In this document: positions 1 to 10,889 of the stretch, in pieces
Layout of the letters: the number at the start of each line of letters is the position of its first letter
How positions within the stretch are numbered: the first letter of the stretch is position 1
Assembly: GCF_006345805.1 (NCBI RefSeq)
Contig: NC_042998.1
Coordinates: 32,178,001-32,242,000 of the forward strand
Reading direction: 5' to 3'
Source of the DNA: Octopus sinensis
Lineage: Eukaryota
DNA length: 64,000 bases
Program-made: the position numbers and the translations under genes
The notes under the pieces: generated by a model
What the model saw: the letters and a program-made list of their open reading frames with translations, nothing else
Databases searched by the model: none
What the model was told of the DNA's origin: nothing

Positions 1-430
1 TTTGTTTGTTTGTATTTTTGAAATTAGCTATTTCATCTTTAAATATGAAAAATTAATTTATTAGGTAATTTATTAGGTCTTTATTATATGTGCATATATA
101 TTAATTTATAGAGATTATTTTAGATCTTAATTATAATATTTATATACATTTATATATTTTCATTGATAATTTATATATAATAGTAATTTTTAAAAAAATA
201 TTTATGTAATTAGATATAGACTATTACTGATATTAGATTATTGGTGGGTTTCTTACCTTAAAAATTAAAATTAATATTTAACATTATAATAGATTTTGAT
301 ATAATCATAACCGTTAAGTTTTAAGTTTCTAGTTTGATAATAGAGTTTATTATAAGTAAAATTATTATATTATTTATATCTTAAAAATGTTGTTTAAATA
401 TTTCTGATTATTTTTAAAATATTTCAATTA

Positions 431-521
431 ACCTGAAGATTGACTGTAACCATAATTCGAATTATTAATTGAATTTAACTTATTGTTATTCGAATTGGTA
501 CAGCCATGAAACGATCGTAGT
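431..521 (+). ncRNA. Hammerhead ribozyme-like motif with long stem II, in a degenerate PLE-like terminus (about 1-795)
   Basis: CTGAAGA (433-439), then imperfect long stem (tgactgta..aattcgaat / attcgaatt..tacagcca), then GAAA-CGATCG(palindrome)-TA. Stem I is only about 2 bp (ac/gt). Confidence 0.55.
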
Positions 522-828
522 ATTTTACTCTTTATCTTTTATTAAACTTTTGATACTTTTGATATTTATATAATAAAAATAAAAAAATTAATATATAAAT
601 AAATAAATTAATAAATAAAATAATATATAAATATAAAAATATACATATATATATATATATTTGTATGTATATATTTAAAATTTATAAGTTTAAATTATTT
701 GAATTTTAACTTTTATATTTTAAAATAAATTTTATGTATTGGCTTATGCTTTTCACTGTTTGATTTGCCTAATAGTGGCTTTATCTCTAATTTAATATAT
801 ACATACACACACACACCACACACACAAA

Positions 829-1655
829 CATGATGTGGTGAATAAATTGTTCTCTAAACTACACAAAAATGAAAATATCACTGACATTTCATTTTCACAG
901 ATATATTTACCAAAATTACATAAAAATATCTTCAAATACTAAAGAGTAATTTATTCAATAAACTCACCATTGCCTTCCACCACAGCCTCCAGATGACTTT
1001 GGAATCTCCTGCAACTCTTCTGGACTCTCTCCTTGTTTAAGTTGGCGAATGCTGCAATAGTTCTTGCCTTCAGTTCATCTTTGGTGTTACCAAGAATTTT
1101 GCTGGTCTCTCGCTCAACTGCGCCCCACACATAATAATCAAGGGGGTTGATGTCTGGAGAGCAAGGTGGCTAGATGTTAGGGGTGATGTGGTTGCAGAAA
1201 TTGTCTGACAGTCATGACTGGGTTCTTCTGCTTGTGTGGCATGGTGCAGAGCCCTGTTCCCAGACATAGGTTCTTCCAGCAACCACCTTCTTGACCCAGG
1301 GCATTACTACCTACTCAAGGCATTTGATGTAGTCCTACCTATTGAGTTTGAGGCATTGTGGGAGGATGAATGAAGGCATAACGTCGCCATCAATAGAGAT
1401 CACTCCAAACCCCATGATGTTGACTGGATGTTTGATTTTTATCACTCTCGGTAAATGTCCTCATATTGACACTCAAACACTCAGAAATTTTCGTATTGAA
1501 GTTTCCGGCGCGAATGCTAAGCAGCTCAGCATGTCGTTTCCAAATTTCTGGCAGAGAGTATTGCGTCATGGTATTGTTTGTTTCTCACAGACGGTGCCCA
1601 ACTGACCAACTATACTGTGTAGTCGACAAACTTACAAACAAACAATGCCCATGCG
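829..1655 (-). mobile_element. Internally deleted Tc1/mariner DD37D (maT-type) transposon
   Basis: Minus strand 1569->951 translates, with stops and shifts, to MTQYSLPEIWKRH... then KHPVNIMGFGVISIDG...YVWEQGSAPCHTSRRTQS*LSDNF...PPCSPDINPLDYYVWGAVERE...LEAVVEGNGEFIE*. There are 37 residues between the (mutated) second D position and the third D. The middle of the ORF is missing. Confidence 0.8.
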
Positions 1656-1664
1656 CGAAATAAA

Positions 1665-1835
1665 AAAATATAATATATTTTTTCTCTCCTTGTTTTTTTT
1701 CTGTGTCCCTTTCTGTAGAAGAGCGTAAGCTCGAAACGTAAAAGACTTTTTCTATTCCTGAGCGTTATAGTAACACATCTGTTTGTTTTGTACACCACCT
1801 GTCTTCGTCTCTTGTTTTTTTCGTGAACTCTCCCT
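1665..1835 (+). mobile_element. Short PLE pLTR-like repeat with HHR (core CUGUAGA at 1713)
   Basis: cttt-CTGTAGA-a-gagc/gtaa/gctc-GAAA-CG-TA-aaag at 1709-1744. Related copy at 30800-30965. Confidence 0.65.
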
Positions 1836-1840
1836 ATATA

Positions 1841-3154
1841 CGAAAGCCGTTCAATAAGTAATGCCCCTGACCCACTTCCTATAGCAGTAGAGCAACGAAA
1901 CTTGGCACAGTTATTAGTCTTTTTCTACATAGGAATCACCCAGAGTTACGCATTTCTCCCATTGTTTGATGCAGCTCTGGAGACCGTTTTTGTAGAAGAA
2001 CCCAGCTTGGTCCTCCAACCACGACGTGACTTCAGAAATCAAGGCTGCATCATCTGGGAAACGCTTTCCTTTCAAAAACAACTTCATAACTGAGAAGAGG
2101 TGAAAATCAGAGGGTGCAAGATCAGGAAAGTAGGGGGATGGGGGAGGAGTTCATAGCCATACGCCTGTGCTTCTGATCTGGCGACAAGCGAGTTATGGAC
2201 CGGAGCGTTGTCCTGCAGGAGGAGGATGCCTTTGCTGATCTTGCCCCGCCTCTTGATTTTGATAACTTCTCTTAATTTCTTCAAAAGTGAAGCATAATAG
2301 GCTCCTGCAATTTTGGTACCCTTTGCCAGGAAATCTGTCATCACTACTCCGTCCTGGTCCCAGAAGACTGTGAGCATGACCTTGCCAGCAGAGGGCTGCA
2401 CACTTGCCTTCTTTGGAGGGGGTGAGTCACGGTGCTTCCACTGCATTGACTGGGCTTTGGTCTCTGGATCATCGTGATGGACCCAGGTTTCATCCTGTGT
2501 AATCAGTCTTTTGAAAAATTTTGACTCATCTTCTTGGCACATCTCCAAATTCACCCTCGAGCACTCGACGCGTTCTTGCTTCTGGAAAGGCGTGAGCAAC
2601 CTGGGAATCCATCTGGCAGACATCTTTTCATTATGCAAATGGTCATGAATGATAGTTTCCACAGACCCGGTACTAATCTTGACCTCATGGGCTATTTGGC
2701 GAATAATTGTGCGTCGATCTTCCAAAATGGCAGCCTCAACTTGACGGACAGATGCCTCATCAATGGCAGAAGGGGCGACCAGATCTGGGAGCTGTTTCCA
2801 CAGAGTTCCGACCATGTTTGAATTCACGATGCCAGCGTTTTACAAGGTCATATGATGGGGCATCATCACCATAAATTACTTTCATTTCATCAAAAGTCTC
2901 CCGTGGTGTGCGTCCTTTCAAATACAAAAACCGGATCACTGCTCGACACTCAACAGGCTCCATTTCACACTTGACTCGGTTCAAACACCTGTAAATCAGA
3001 AACAACAATTAATTCAGAGCTGTAATTTTCCACTCAATCTATATCTGTAATTTGCCACTTATTCTATAGAGATATAAATGATTGCACATGCAAAATTTCA
3101 GCTAGATCAAACAACTGCAAGTGGGTCAGAGGCATTACTTATTGAACGTCCCTC

Positions 3155-3155
<1 letters not shown>
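1841..3155 (-). mobile_element. Full-length mariner (DD34D) transposon with TA target duplication
   Basis: TIRs cgaaagccgttcaataagtaatgcccctgacccactt (1841-) and aagtgggtcagaggcattacttattgaacgtccctcg (-3155), TA on both sides, 1315 bp. Confidence 0.95.
1914..2963 (-). pseudogene. Mariner transposase, two frameshifts (near 2770 and 2130)
   Basis: MEPVECRAVIRFL...RSGRP / ...ARWIPRLL...ITQDETWVHH...QDNAPVH...HPP / YFPDLAPSDFHLFS...WEKCVTLGDSYVEKD*. WVPHEL-like and YSPDL-like motifs, D(34)D spacing. Confidence 0.93.
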
Positions 3156-3157
<2 letters not shown>

Positions 3158-3203
<46 letters not shown>

Positions 3204-3239
3204 ATATAATATATATATATTATATATATTATATATATT

Positions 3240-3282
<43 letters not shown>

Positions 3283-3338
3283 ATATTATATATATTATAT
3301 ATATATATATACTATATATATATATATATATATATATA

Positions 3339-3383
<45 letters not shown>

Positions 3384-3394
3384 ATATATATATA
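3158..3394. repeat. (TA)n microsatellite
   Basis: Direct reading. Confidence 0.98.
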
Positions 3395-3733
3395 TGTTTA
3401 AGGGTGGAAAGGAACACACGAGTTGATATATATGAAAAAACAAGTCAAAATTAGAAAATGCTAAGATGATTTATAGTGAATCTTTCAGTACCGGTTCGGT
3501 CATTTTGAGACCTTTTCAACTGTAACGATTAAATAATTAAATTTAGAAAAATTAGAAGAAAAGTTTTTTTAAAAGAATATTTCTGTAGTAGTGTTCAGAT
3601 ATAAGTAGCATTCTGCCTTTCTCTGACTCCCTTGTTTGCAGTGCAAACAAGGGAGTCAGAGAAAGGCAGAATGCTACTTACATCTGAACACTACTACAGA
3701 AATATTCTTTTAAAAAAACTTTTCTTCTAATTT
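3395..3733 (-). mobile_element. PLE terminal repeat with fold-back palindrome (3549-3733) and damaged HHR (3486-3522)
   Basis: 92-bp arms with 1 mismatch centred on G3641. Minus-strand cag-TTGAAAA-ggtc..gacc-GAA-CCGG-TA-ctg (one A short). 3395-3640 resembles the 3' end of the GIY-YIG element at 24383-24650. Confidence 0.8.
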
Positions 3734-4686
3734 GAGATGTTTCGGGGGGGAAAAGGTTTTTTATATGGTTGGGGGAGGTTGTGTCCTGTTAGGAGGGGGT
3801 TTGGAGAGTATGTGTATTTGAGGTGCGGTTTGGAATGGTGTTTATGGGGTACAGTGGAAGTCTGTGTTGTGGGTACTTTTATGAATGGGTTTTTGGATTT
3901 ATGGTTTAATATGAATTGTGTTTCATAGTTGAGGAAGAAATCTTTGTTGTTTTCCCAGCGTTTAAGGGAGGTTCGTTCTTCCTTTTCACATTCATCTTTC
4001 CATAGTTTAATAACAAGTTCGAGGGGCTGTTCGTTGGTGTGTGAGGTTAGTTCTAGAAGTATCTCATCGTCTATTTTTGTGTATTTTTGTTCGTGGTTTT
4101 GTGCTCTGAGTTTTAGAAGTTCTACTTCGGTTTTCATTTTTTCCAATGTTAGTTTTTCTCTTAGGGAGCGTTGTTTTTCAGGTTCGTCTGGGATGTGTTT
4201 GATTTGGAATTTTCGGGGTAGTATGATAGGGGAGGAGTTTAACCATTTGTCGTAAATTTCAGCTTTGTTTTGGTTTTTGAGCATGTTCCAGAAGAGAAGT
4301 TTTCTGTTGTGTAGTTTCTTAGTCCAAGTAGTGATGATCTGGTTTTTAATGCGTTGTGCTGGGGTTGAAGTGTGTTCCTTCTGTGTGTTGAGTGGTGTCT
4401 GAATTGGTAAGTAGAGTTTTCAGTGTAGTGTTGATTTCATTTAGGTTTACATCTATCTTATCCGAAAGTAGAGTTTTCAGTGTAGTGTTGATTTCGTTTA
4501 GGTTTACATCAATTTTATCCGAAAGTTGTTGATGATGGTTGTTTTCTGAGTTGTCCCGGGATTGATGGAGAAGTTCGTCAATTTTTTTGGAGAATGTAAG
4601 TAGATGTGTATTGAGTACTTTGAGTTCTTTAGAATGGTCTTATTGGTGACTGTCTCTGTAAGAGTGCTCTTGTTTTTCGGAGGCAT
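3727..4686 (-). pseudogene. Unrecognised K/E/L-rich, probably helical ORF, frameshifted at its 5' end and cut by the palindrome
   Basis: Open frame about 4420->3727 (…WTKKLHNRKLLFWNMLKNQNKAEIYDKWL…LPRKFQ…LWKDECEKEE…W). Upstream MPPKNK start at 4686. 57-bp tandem duplication at about 4410-4523. Confidence 0.6.
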
Positions 4687-4855
4687 TCTGAATCACACGT
4701 GTGGTAGAGGGTACAGATCAATAAATGGTGGGGTTGTGTTGACCGCACGTGGAGAAATGATAAGTAAGGAAAAATTTTTTTTAAAAATGCAGAATGCTCA
4801 AATGAAAGAAAATTTTAATAAAATGAGAAATTGATAAAATAAATAAATATATATT

Positions 4856-4896
4856 TATTCAACCGGTTTTCGTCATTGTATGACTTGTCAAGAATA
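4856..4896 (-). ncRNA. HHR motif, U3-A8 core variant
   Basis: Minus strand: tattc-TTGACAA-gtca/tacaa/tgac-GAAA-ACCGG-TT-gaata. Stem III palindrome AACCGGTT. Confidence 0.65.
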
Positions 4897-5044
4897 TTTA
4901 TGTTTTAAGAAGTTTTTTTTTAAATTAGAAAGGGGAAAAAAAGAAAATTGCACTGTTTTTTGTAAAAGAATAATGATAAAAATGTACAAAAATTAAAAAA
5001 TAAGTTCTCCGATACATTGTGAGTTCGTTGTGTATCTTGAGTTT

Positions 5045-5075
<31 letters not shown>

Positions 5076-5088
5076 TATATATATGCAT

Positions 5089-5131
<43 letters not shown>

Positions 5132-6234
5132 AGGATTTGTTTATCATGAGACTACGTTAAAAGACACTTGCTCTACTTGCCGCGCAGTAAGATCGAACTG
5201 GGTACCGAATACTCTCGAAGTAAACTTTTCTTCACAACTATACAGACATTTTATAGAAATGATATCGAACTAATATATTTCAGAACTAAAATACATGATT
5301 AGTAATCAGTCGAATTCTTCAGACGTAATCGCCTGTCTGAAAAGTGAAGTAGTATTCTACACACAGCCTTATAGTCCGACATAAAATATGTCACAATGCC
5401 AAAGAAAGATTCAACGTCGTGCAACTATACAGAAAAAAGCAAAGAGCAACGATAGATAATTAGGGTTAATGTAGTTTTTGGCAATGACAGTTACTGTAAC
5501 TTTCATAATTGTAACAGTTATATTTCACTAAAATCTTAATGGATGCAGGAACGAATGGGCTGGTAAAAGATCAGTACAATGTATCGTCAATAAATAAAAA
5601 AAAAACGAAAAATGCAGACATGGTGAATAAAGTAACGTGATTGCAGAACAGACTTACATGGAAGAGAGCAGAAACAAAATGTCTAACAGCAATATTAGCT
5701 GAGTGAAGGGGATCGAACGACTACATAAAAAGAAAAGAAACTACTGGAAAAAGAAAAATGTTAAATTAAGTTAAAACATATATTTTGGAAGTCACGACAT
5801 GACCTGAGAGCAGCAGTAGATTTCTTGTAAAAATGAAAACCAGTTTAGTATTATGAGATGAAAAGATAGGGGAATTCTACTAGTTTAATGAAACTGAATA
5901 AAAGTACAGAATTTACATATTATCAACATTTTGTTGTTTTTTAAGTGACGGATATTATCAGAAGAAATTTTTGATGACAGATCTTCCATGTATTATAAAA
6001 GGAAGCGAGTGCCAGAACCTTATCTTAGGTCATGTTGATTTTAGCAAAAGAGGCCTTGGAGATCTAATCTTAAGTTGTCATCAATATTGTAGCTCGTCAA
6101 AGACTAATGGGTGCATAATCTCCTGCGTGCAGCGGTATATTGATTAGAGGAAAGGAGAGGATAACGAATAATGATAGATGAAAAGAAGTGAGAAAGCACC
6201 GGAAGGTAGAAGCTTGAAGACAAGTGAGAATGGA

Positions 6235-6546
6235 GAAGCAGAAGAAGAAGAAGAAAAGAAGAAGAAGAAGAAGAAGGAGAAGAAGAAGAAGAAGAAGAAG
6301 AGAGAAAAAGAAGAAGAAGAAGAAGAAGAAGAAGAAGGAGAAGAAGAAGAGAAGAAGAAGAAGAAGAAGAAGAAGAAGAAGAAGAAGAAGAAGAAGAAGA
6401 AGGAGAAGAGAAGAAGAAAAAGAAGAAGAAGAAGAAGAGAAGAAGGAGGAGAAGAAGAAAAGAAGGAGAAGAAAAAGAAGAAGAAGAAGAAGAGAGAAGA
6501 AGAAGGAGAAGAAGAAGAAGAAGAAGAAGAAGAAGGAGAAGAAGAA

Positions 6547-6578
<32 letters not shown>

Positions 6579-6640
6579 AGAAGAAAAAGAAGAAGAAGAA
6601 GAGAAGAAGAAGAAGAAGGAGAAGAGAAGAAGAAGAAGAA

Positions 6641-6687
<47 letters not shown>

Positions 6688-6747
6688 AGAAGAAGAAGAA
6701 GAAGGAGAAGAAGAAGAAGAAGAAGAAGAAGAGAAGAAGAAGAAGAG
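6235..6747. repeat. (GAA)n purine tract
   Basis: Direct reading. Explains the poly-E/K/R/F/S/L ORFs. Confidence 0.98.
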
Positions 6748-6990
6748 GTAAGTGGTGGTAAGGAGGAGAAAGGGAGAAAATGAATATGGACACGGGGCAA
6801 AAAGATATAAACGCAAATTTAGATAAAAGTGAAAGCGACATCAGCATAGTAAGGATTTAAGAAGATGAAAGGTAAGAGAATTTAAGTGTGTATAGCAAAA
6901 AATAAGAGAAAATGAAGAAAAAATTATATATGCTATGATTGAACGGATACTTTCAGTTAATATTGCCTGTGCTTTATTGTAAGCAAACAA

Positions 6991-7387
6991 GGCGGCGAGC
7001 TGGCAGAAACGTTAGCACGCCGGGCGAAATGCGTAGCCGTATTTCGTCTGTCGTTACGTTGTGAGTTCAAATTCCGCCGAGGTCGACTTTGCCTTTCATC
7101 CTTTCGGGGTCGATAAATTAAGTACCAGTTGCGCACTGGGGTCGATGTAATCGACTTAATACCTATGTCTGTCCTTGTTTGTCCCCTCTGTCTTTAGCCC
7201 CTTGTGGGTAATAAAGAAATAGGTATTTCGTCTGCCTTTACGTTCTGAGTTCAAATTCCGCCGAGGTCGACTTTGCCTTTCCTCCTTTCGGTGATCGATA
7301 AATAAAGTACCAGTTGCGTACTGGGGTCGATCTAATCGACTGGCTCCTTCCCCAAATATTTCGGGTCTTGTGCCTAGAGTAGAAAAG
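6991..7387 (+). mobile_element. tRNA-derived SINE family 1, dimer (tail A + tail B)
   Basis: Head ggcggcgagctggcagaaacg, B-box-like gagttcaaattcc. TSD tttattgt(a/t)agcaaac at 6973-6988 and 7388-7403. Confidence 0.9.
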
Positions 7388-7445
7388 TTTATTGTTAGCA
7401 AACGGTAGATTGCTGGCCCCAATGCCTTACGGTATTATGGTATGA

Positions 7446-7680
7446 GGTGGCGAGCTGGCAGAAACGTTAGCACGCCGGGCGAAATGCTTAGCAGTATTTC
7501 GTCTGCTGTTACGTTCTGAGTTCAAATTCCACCAAGGTCGACTTTGCCTTTCATCCTTTCGGGGTCGATTAAATAAATACCAGTTACGCACTGGGATCGA
7601 TATAATCAACATAATCTCTTTGTCTGTCCTTGTTTCTCCCCTCTATGTTTAACCCCCTGTAGGCAATAAAGAAAGAAATA
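7446..7680 (+). mobile_element. SINE family 1 monomer
   Basis: Same head, core and tail A. Confidence 0.85.
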
Positions 7681-7789
7681 TTGTTAAAAATTTTCAAAAT
7701 GCAGCAAGGCATCGTTTAATAAGGGGAATGCTCTGAGCAATGGGTTTAATAAATGCACACGCCATGTATATATATATTATATATATATA

Positions 7790-7835
<46 letters not shown>

Positions 7836-7837
<2 letters not shown>

Positions 7838-8042
7838 AAATGTGACCGCGTGTGTGCCGTTGGCGATTTATTTTTCCTGTCTTCCCTTCTCTGGATCTTT
7901 CCTTCTCCTATGTTTCCGACGAAGAGCTCCACTCGAAACGTTAAATCCTCCTTCTTTCCTTCTTTCCTGAGCGTCCAATAATACTATATTTGTTCCACGT
8001 CCTCGCGTTGTTGTGTTTTTTTTGTGCTTTCTTGTTTGGATC

Positions 8043-8108
<66 letters not shown>

Positions 8109-8340
8109 ATATCTATATATATATATATATCAAAATGTGACCGCGTGTGTACCGTTGGCGATTTATTTTTCCTGTCTTCCCTTCTCTGGATCTTTCCTTC
8201 TCCTATGTTTCCGACGAAGAGCTCCACTCGAAACGTTAAATCCACCTTCTTTCCTTCTTTCCTGAGCGTCCAATAATACTATATTTGTTCCACGTCCTCG
8301 CGTTGTTGTGTTTTTTTTGTGCTTTCTTGTTTGGATCAAC
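7836..8340 (+). mobile_element. Tandem pair of about 210-bp HHR-bearing repeats separated by (TA)n
   Basis: Units 7836-8045 and 8131-8340 are near-identical. ttt-CCGACGA-a-gag..ctc-GAAA-CG-TT-aaa at 7913-7945 and 8208-8240, period 295 bp. Confidence 0.8.
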
Positions 8341-8346
8341 TATATA

Positions 8347-8403
<57 letters not shown>

Positions 8404-8895
8404 CATACATACATACATACATACTTACATATGTGTTTTGTTCGTGTGTGTGTATTGAAATGTGTTTACAAATTTATGTGCCCATTTAAGCACGCTTCGA
8501 TATTAATTTCAAGGAAAGTGGTTTCCAAGTAACATATCTTGAAGTCCTAAAGGTTGGGAGATTAAAGGGGTTAAAACAGTTTTTAATTGTATAAAATAAC
8601 TCATAAACGGTTTGGAATATAAATAAATATGAACAAACTTTAAAGAACAAATGAGCCGGAATATGATGACAAAACGTAGATACGAGATTGTAATTTATTT
8701 TAATGGTGCTGGAAGATGAAAGGAAATGTGAATGCCAAAGCGGTTTCCACTGAGAGCATAAAGTGACACAAGTAAATTAGAAAAGAATAATTTTCCTGCC
8801 TATTATGTGCTTCTGAGATTTTGATCCTTTATAATAATGGTGTACAGCTTAAGCACAACGAGAAATTTGAACATCGTTTCAATAAAATAAGTACC

Positions 8896-9225
8896 TATTT
8901 CTTTACTACCCACAAGGGGCTAAACACAGAGAGGGCAAACAAGGACAGAGAAACAGATTAAGTCGATTACATCGATCCCAGTGCGTAACTGGTACTTATT
9001 TAATCGACCCCGAAAGGATGAAAGGCAAAGTTGACCTCGGCGGAATTTGAACTCAGAACGTATTTCGTCTGTCGCTACGTTCTGAGTTCAAATTCCGCCG
9101 AGGTCAACTTTGCCTTTCATCCTTTCGGGGTCGATAAAATAAGTACCACTTGAGCACTGGGGTCAATGTAACCGACTTATAACTTTCCCCGAAATTGCTG
9201 GCCTTATGCAAACATTAGAAATCAA
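8896..9225. mobile_element. SINE family 1 dimer with inverted first unit
   Basis: 8896-9060 minus, 9061-9225 plus, forming a long inverted repeat. Confidence 0.8.
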
Positions 9226-9837
9226 TATTACAAAATGTGGCGAGCTTGTAGAGTGGATAGTGCGACGAACAAACTTTTGGTGGCATACCTTTTGACTCTT
9301 TACATTCTGTGTTCAAATCACACCGAGGTCAGCTGCGTCTCTTCGCCTTTCGGAGTCGATAAAATAAAATCTCAGTTATGTAGCTAAGCACTGGCTCAAT
9401 AAAATCGGCTTGTTTCTTCCCCTCTAAATTTCTCACTTTGTTCCAGAATTTGGAACTATATTACATAACTACAGGAAAACAGCATCAATTCCATTACTGT
9501 TTTCTGGCTCATATATAACTATTTGCCTGTTACTTCTTATACCAACTTAAAATGTTTATAAAGTTTCTATATAAATAATTGGGGCAAATTTTATATTTCA
9601 ATTCTACTTATTCAAGTGTGGGGTGAAATATATAACAATGGTACTTCCAGTGGCAAGGTTTCAACTCGTCACCATCAAACCTAATAATCCTGCGTAAAGG
9701 ATTACTAAAACTCCATCAACTATTCGTTAATTCCACGTCAAGGAAACAAAGAAAAGGAAAAATGGGGAGGTGGGATTAATCAGCAGAACATGGGTGCGAG
9801 AGAGTAACGGGTTGTACACCCTTGAACAAATTCCGTG

Positions 9838-10225
9838 TTTAGCCGCGCTTCGAGGACATGATTACAAAAGCATTGCCGTGCAGAATAGTCGATGTCATTT
9901 ACTGCAACATCCACCCTACCTCGCGGGGCTCATCTCCCAGGGGAGCGGCAGTTATCCCCATTTTGCAGAGGAAATCGGCTGAGCGGCAACCGGCACAGAC
10001 TGGTAGCGGCCGGTGAGACTCCTAGATTTCTTTACTTTTCTCTCCTCTATGTTACGGGTTTGCGGCCTATGCAACAAGTTCGGAGCCGGGGAACGGATTA
10101 GGGATGTGCCCTCCTCATATGAGAAGAAGCTTATTCCTTCGGGGTGCTTACCATCCCCGCATTCAAGACCTACTGGCTCCAGCGGGGCAAGGAGCCAACC
10201 TCATCGACGCGTCTTCTAATCATGT
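9838..10225 (-). mobile_element. CRE-like non-LTR retrotransposon 3' fragment (restriction-like endonuclease)
   Basis: Minus translation LEPVGLECGDGKHPEGISFFSY..G.SLI…EERKVKK.RSLTGRY..VPVA…EPREVGWMLQ*MTSTILHGNAFVIMS. Homologous to 32255-32960. Confidence 0.75.
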
Positions 10226-10547
10226 CGTTTCAAATTCATTTATCAAAGAACTATTTATCGTAAAAGTTATGGAGTAAAAGGTTATCAGCAAAAATAAGAA
10301 TCGCAGTTTGACCTTGGAATTGGCTTAAAACTTGTAAAGTGATCTAATGTTCATCTTTTGACAGGACACAAATCGAAATAATTCTCCGCATGTTAAATTA
10401 ACATATTACGAAAATATTTTAGATTTATGTGTTCAGTTTGAATTCTTGTGGAATGTACCTTTTGAATTGAACACAGAATATTTCGTCGGGAGTACTAAGG
10501 AGTTTACTTTCCTTGATTTACATATTTTAGTAACATAAGCAATGATA

Positions 10548-10682
10548 CAGTTCTATATTTAAGAGGTGAGGATTTATGTACATTATTTACGTTATTTACA
10601 TTTAACACAACTTTTCGGCTGATATACCCTCCAGCCTTCTCGAGGTGTCTTGGGGGAAATTTCGCACTTGGGTTCTCATTCC

Positions 10683-10741
<59 letters not shown>

Positions 10742-10889
10742 TCGTAAAATACCTTAGGAATGAGAACCCAGATTCGAAATTTCCCCAAGACACCTGATGA
10801 AGGCTGGAGGGTATATCAGCCGAAAAGTTGTGTTAACAACAAACAAGATGAGGACAAATATCCGTCAAATGTAAATAATGTAGAAATGT
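10548..10889. mobile_element. PLE-type cassette: inverted pLTR + (TAA)n + direct pLTR with HHR, 13-bp TSD
   Basis: TSD ATAAGCAATGATA at 10535-10547 and 10890-10902. HHR gacac-CTGATGA-a-ggctg..cagcc-GAAA-AG-TT-gtgtt at 10789-10834. Confidence 0.85.

Noticed and set aside
1-800. Possible mitochondrial insertion (very AT-rich)
   Set aside because: No recognisable mt tRNA, rRNA or CDS. It contains an HHR-like motif and looks like a noisy PLE end.
6097-6847. Long poly-E/K/R/S/F ORFs (also 28875-29462)
   Set aside because: Products of stop-free (GAA)n tracts.
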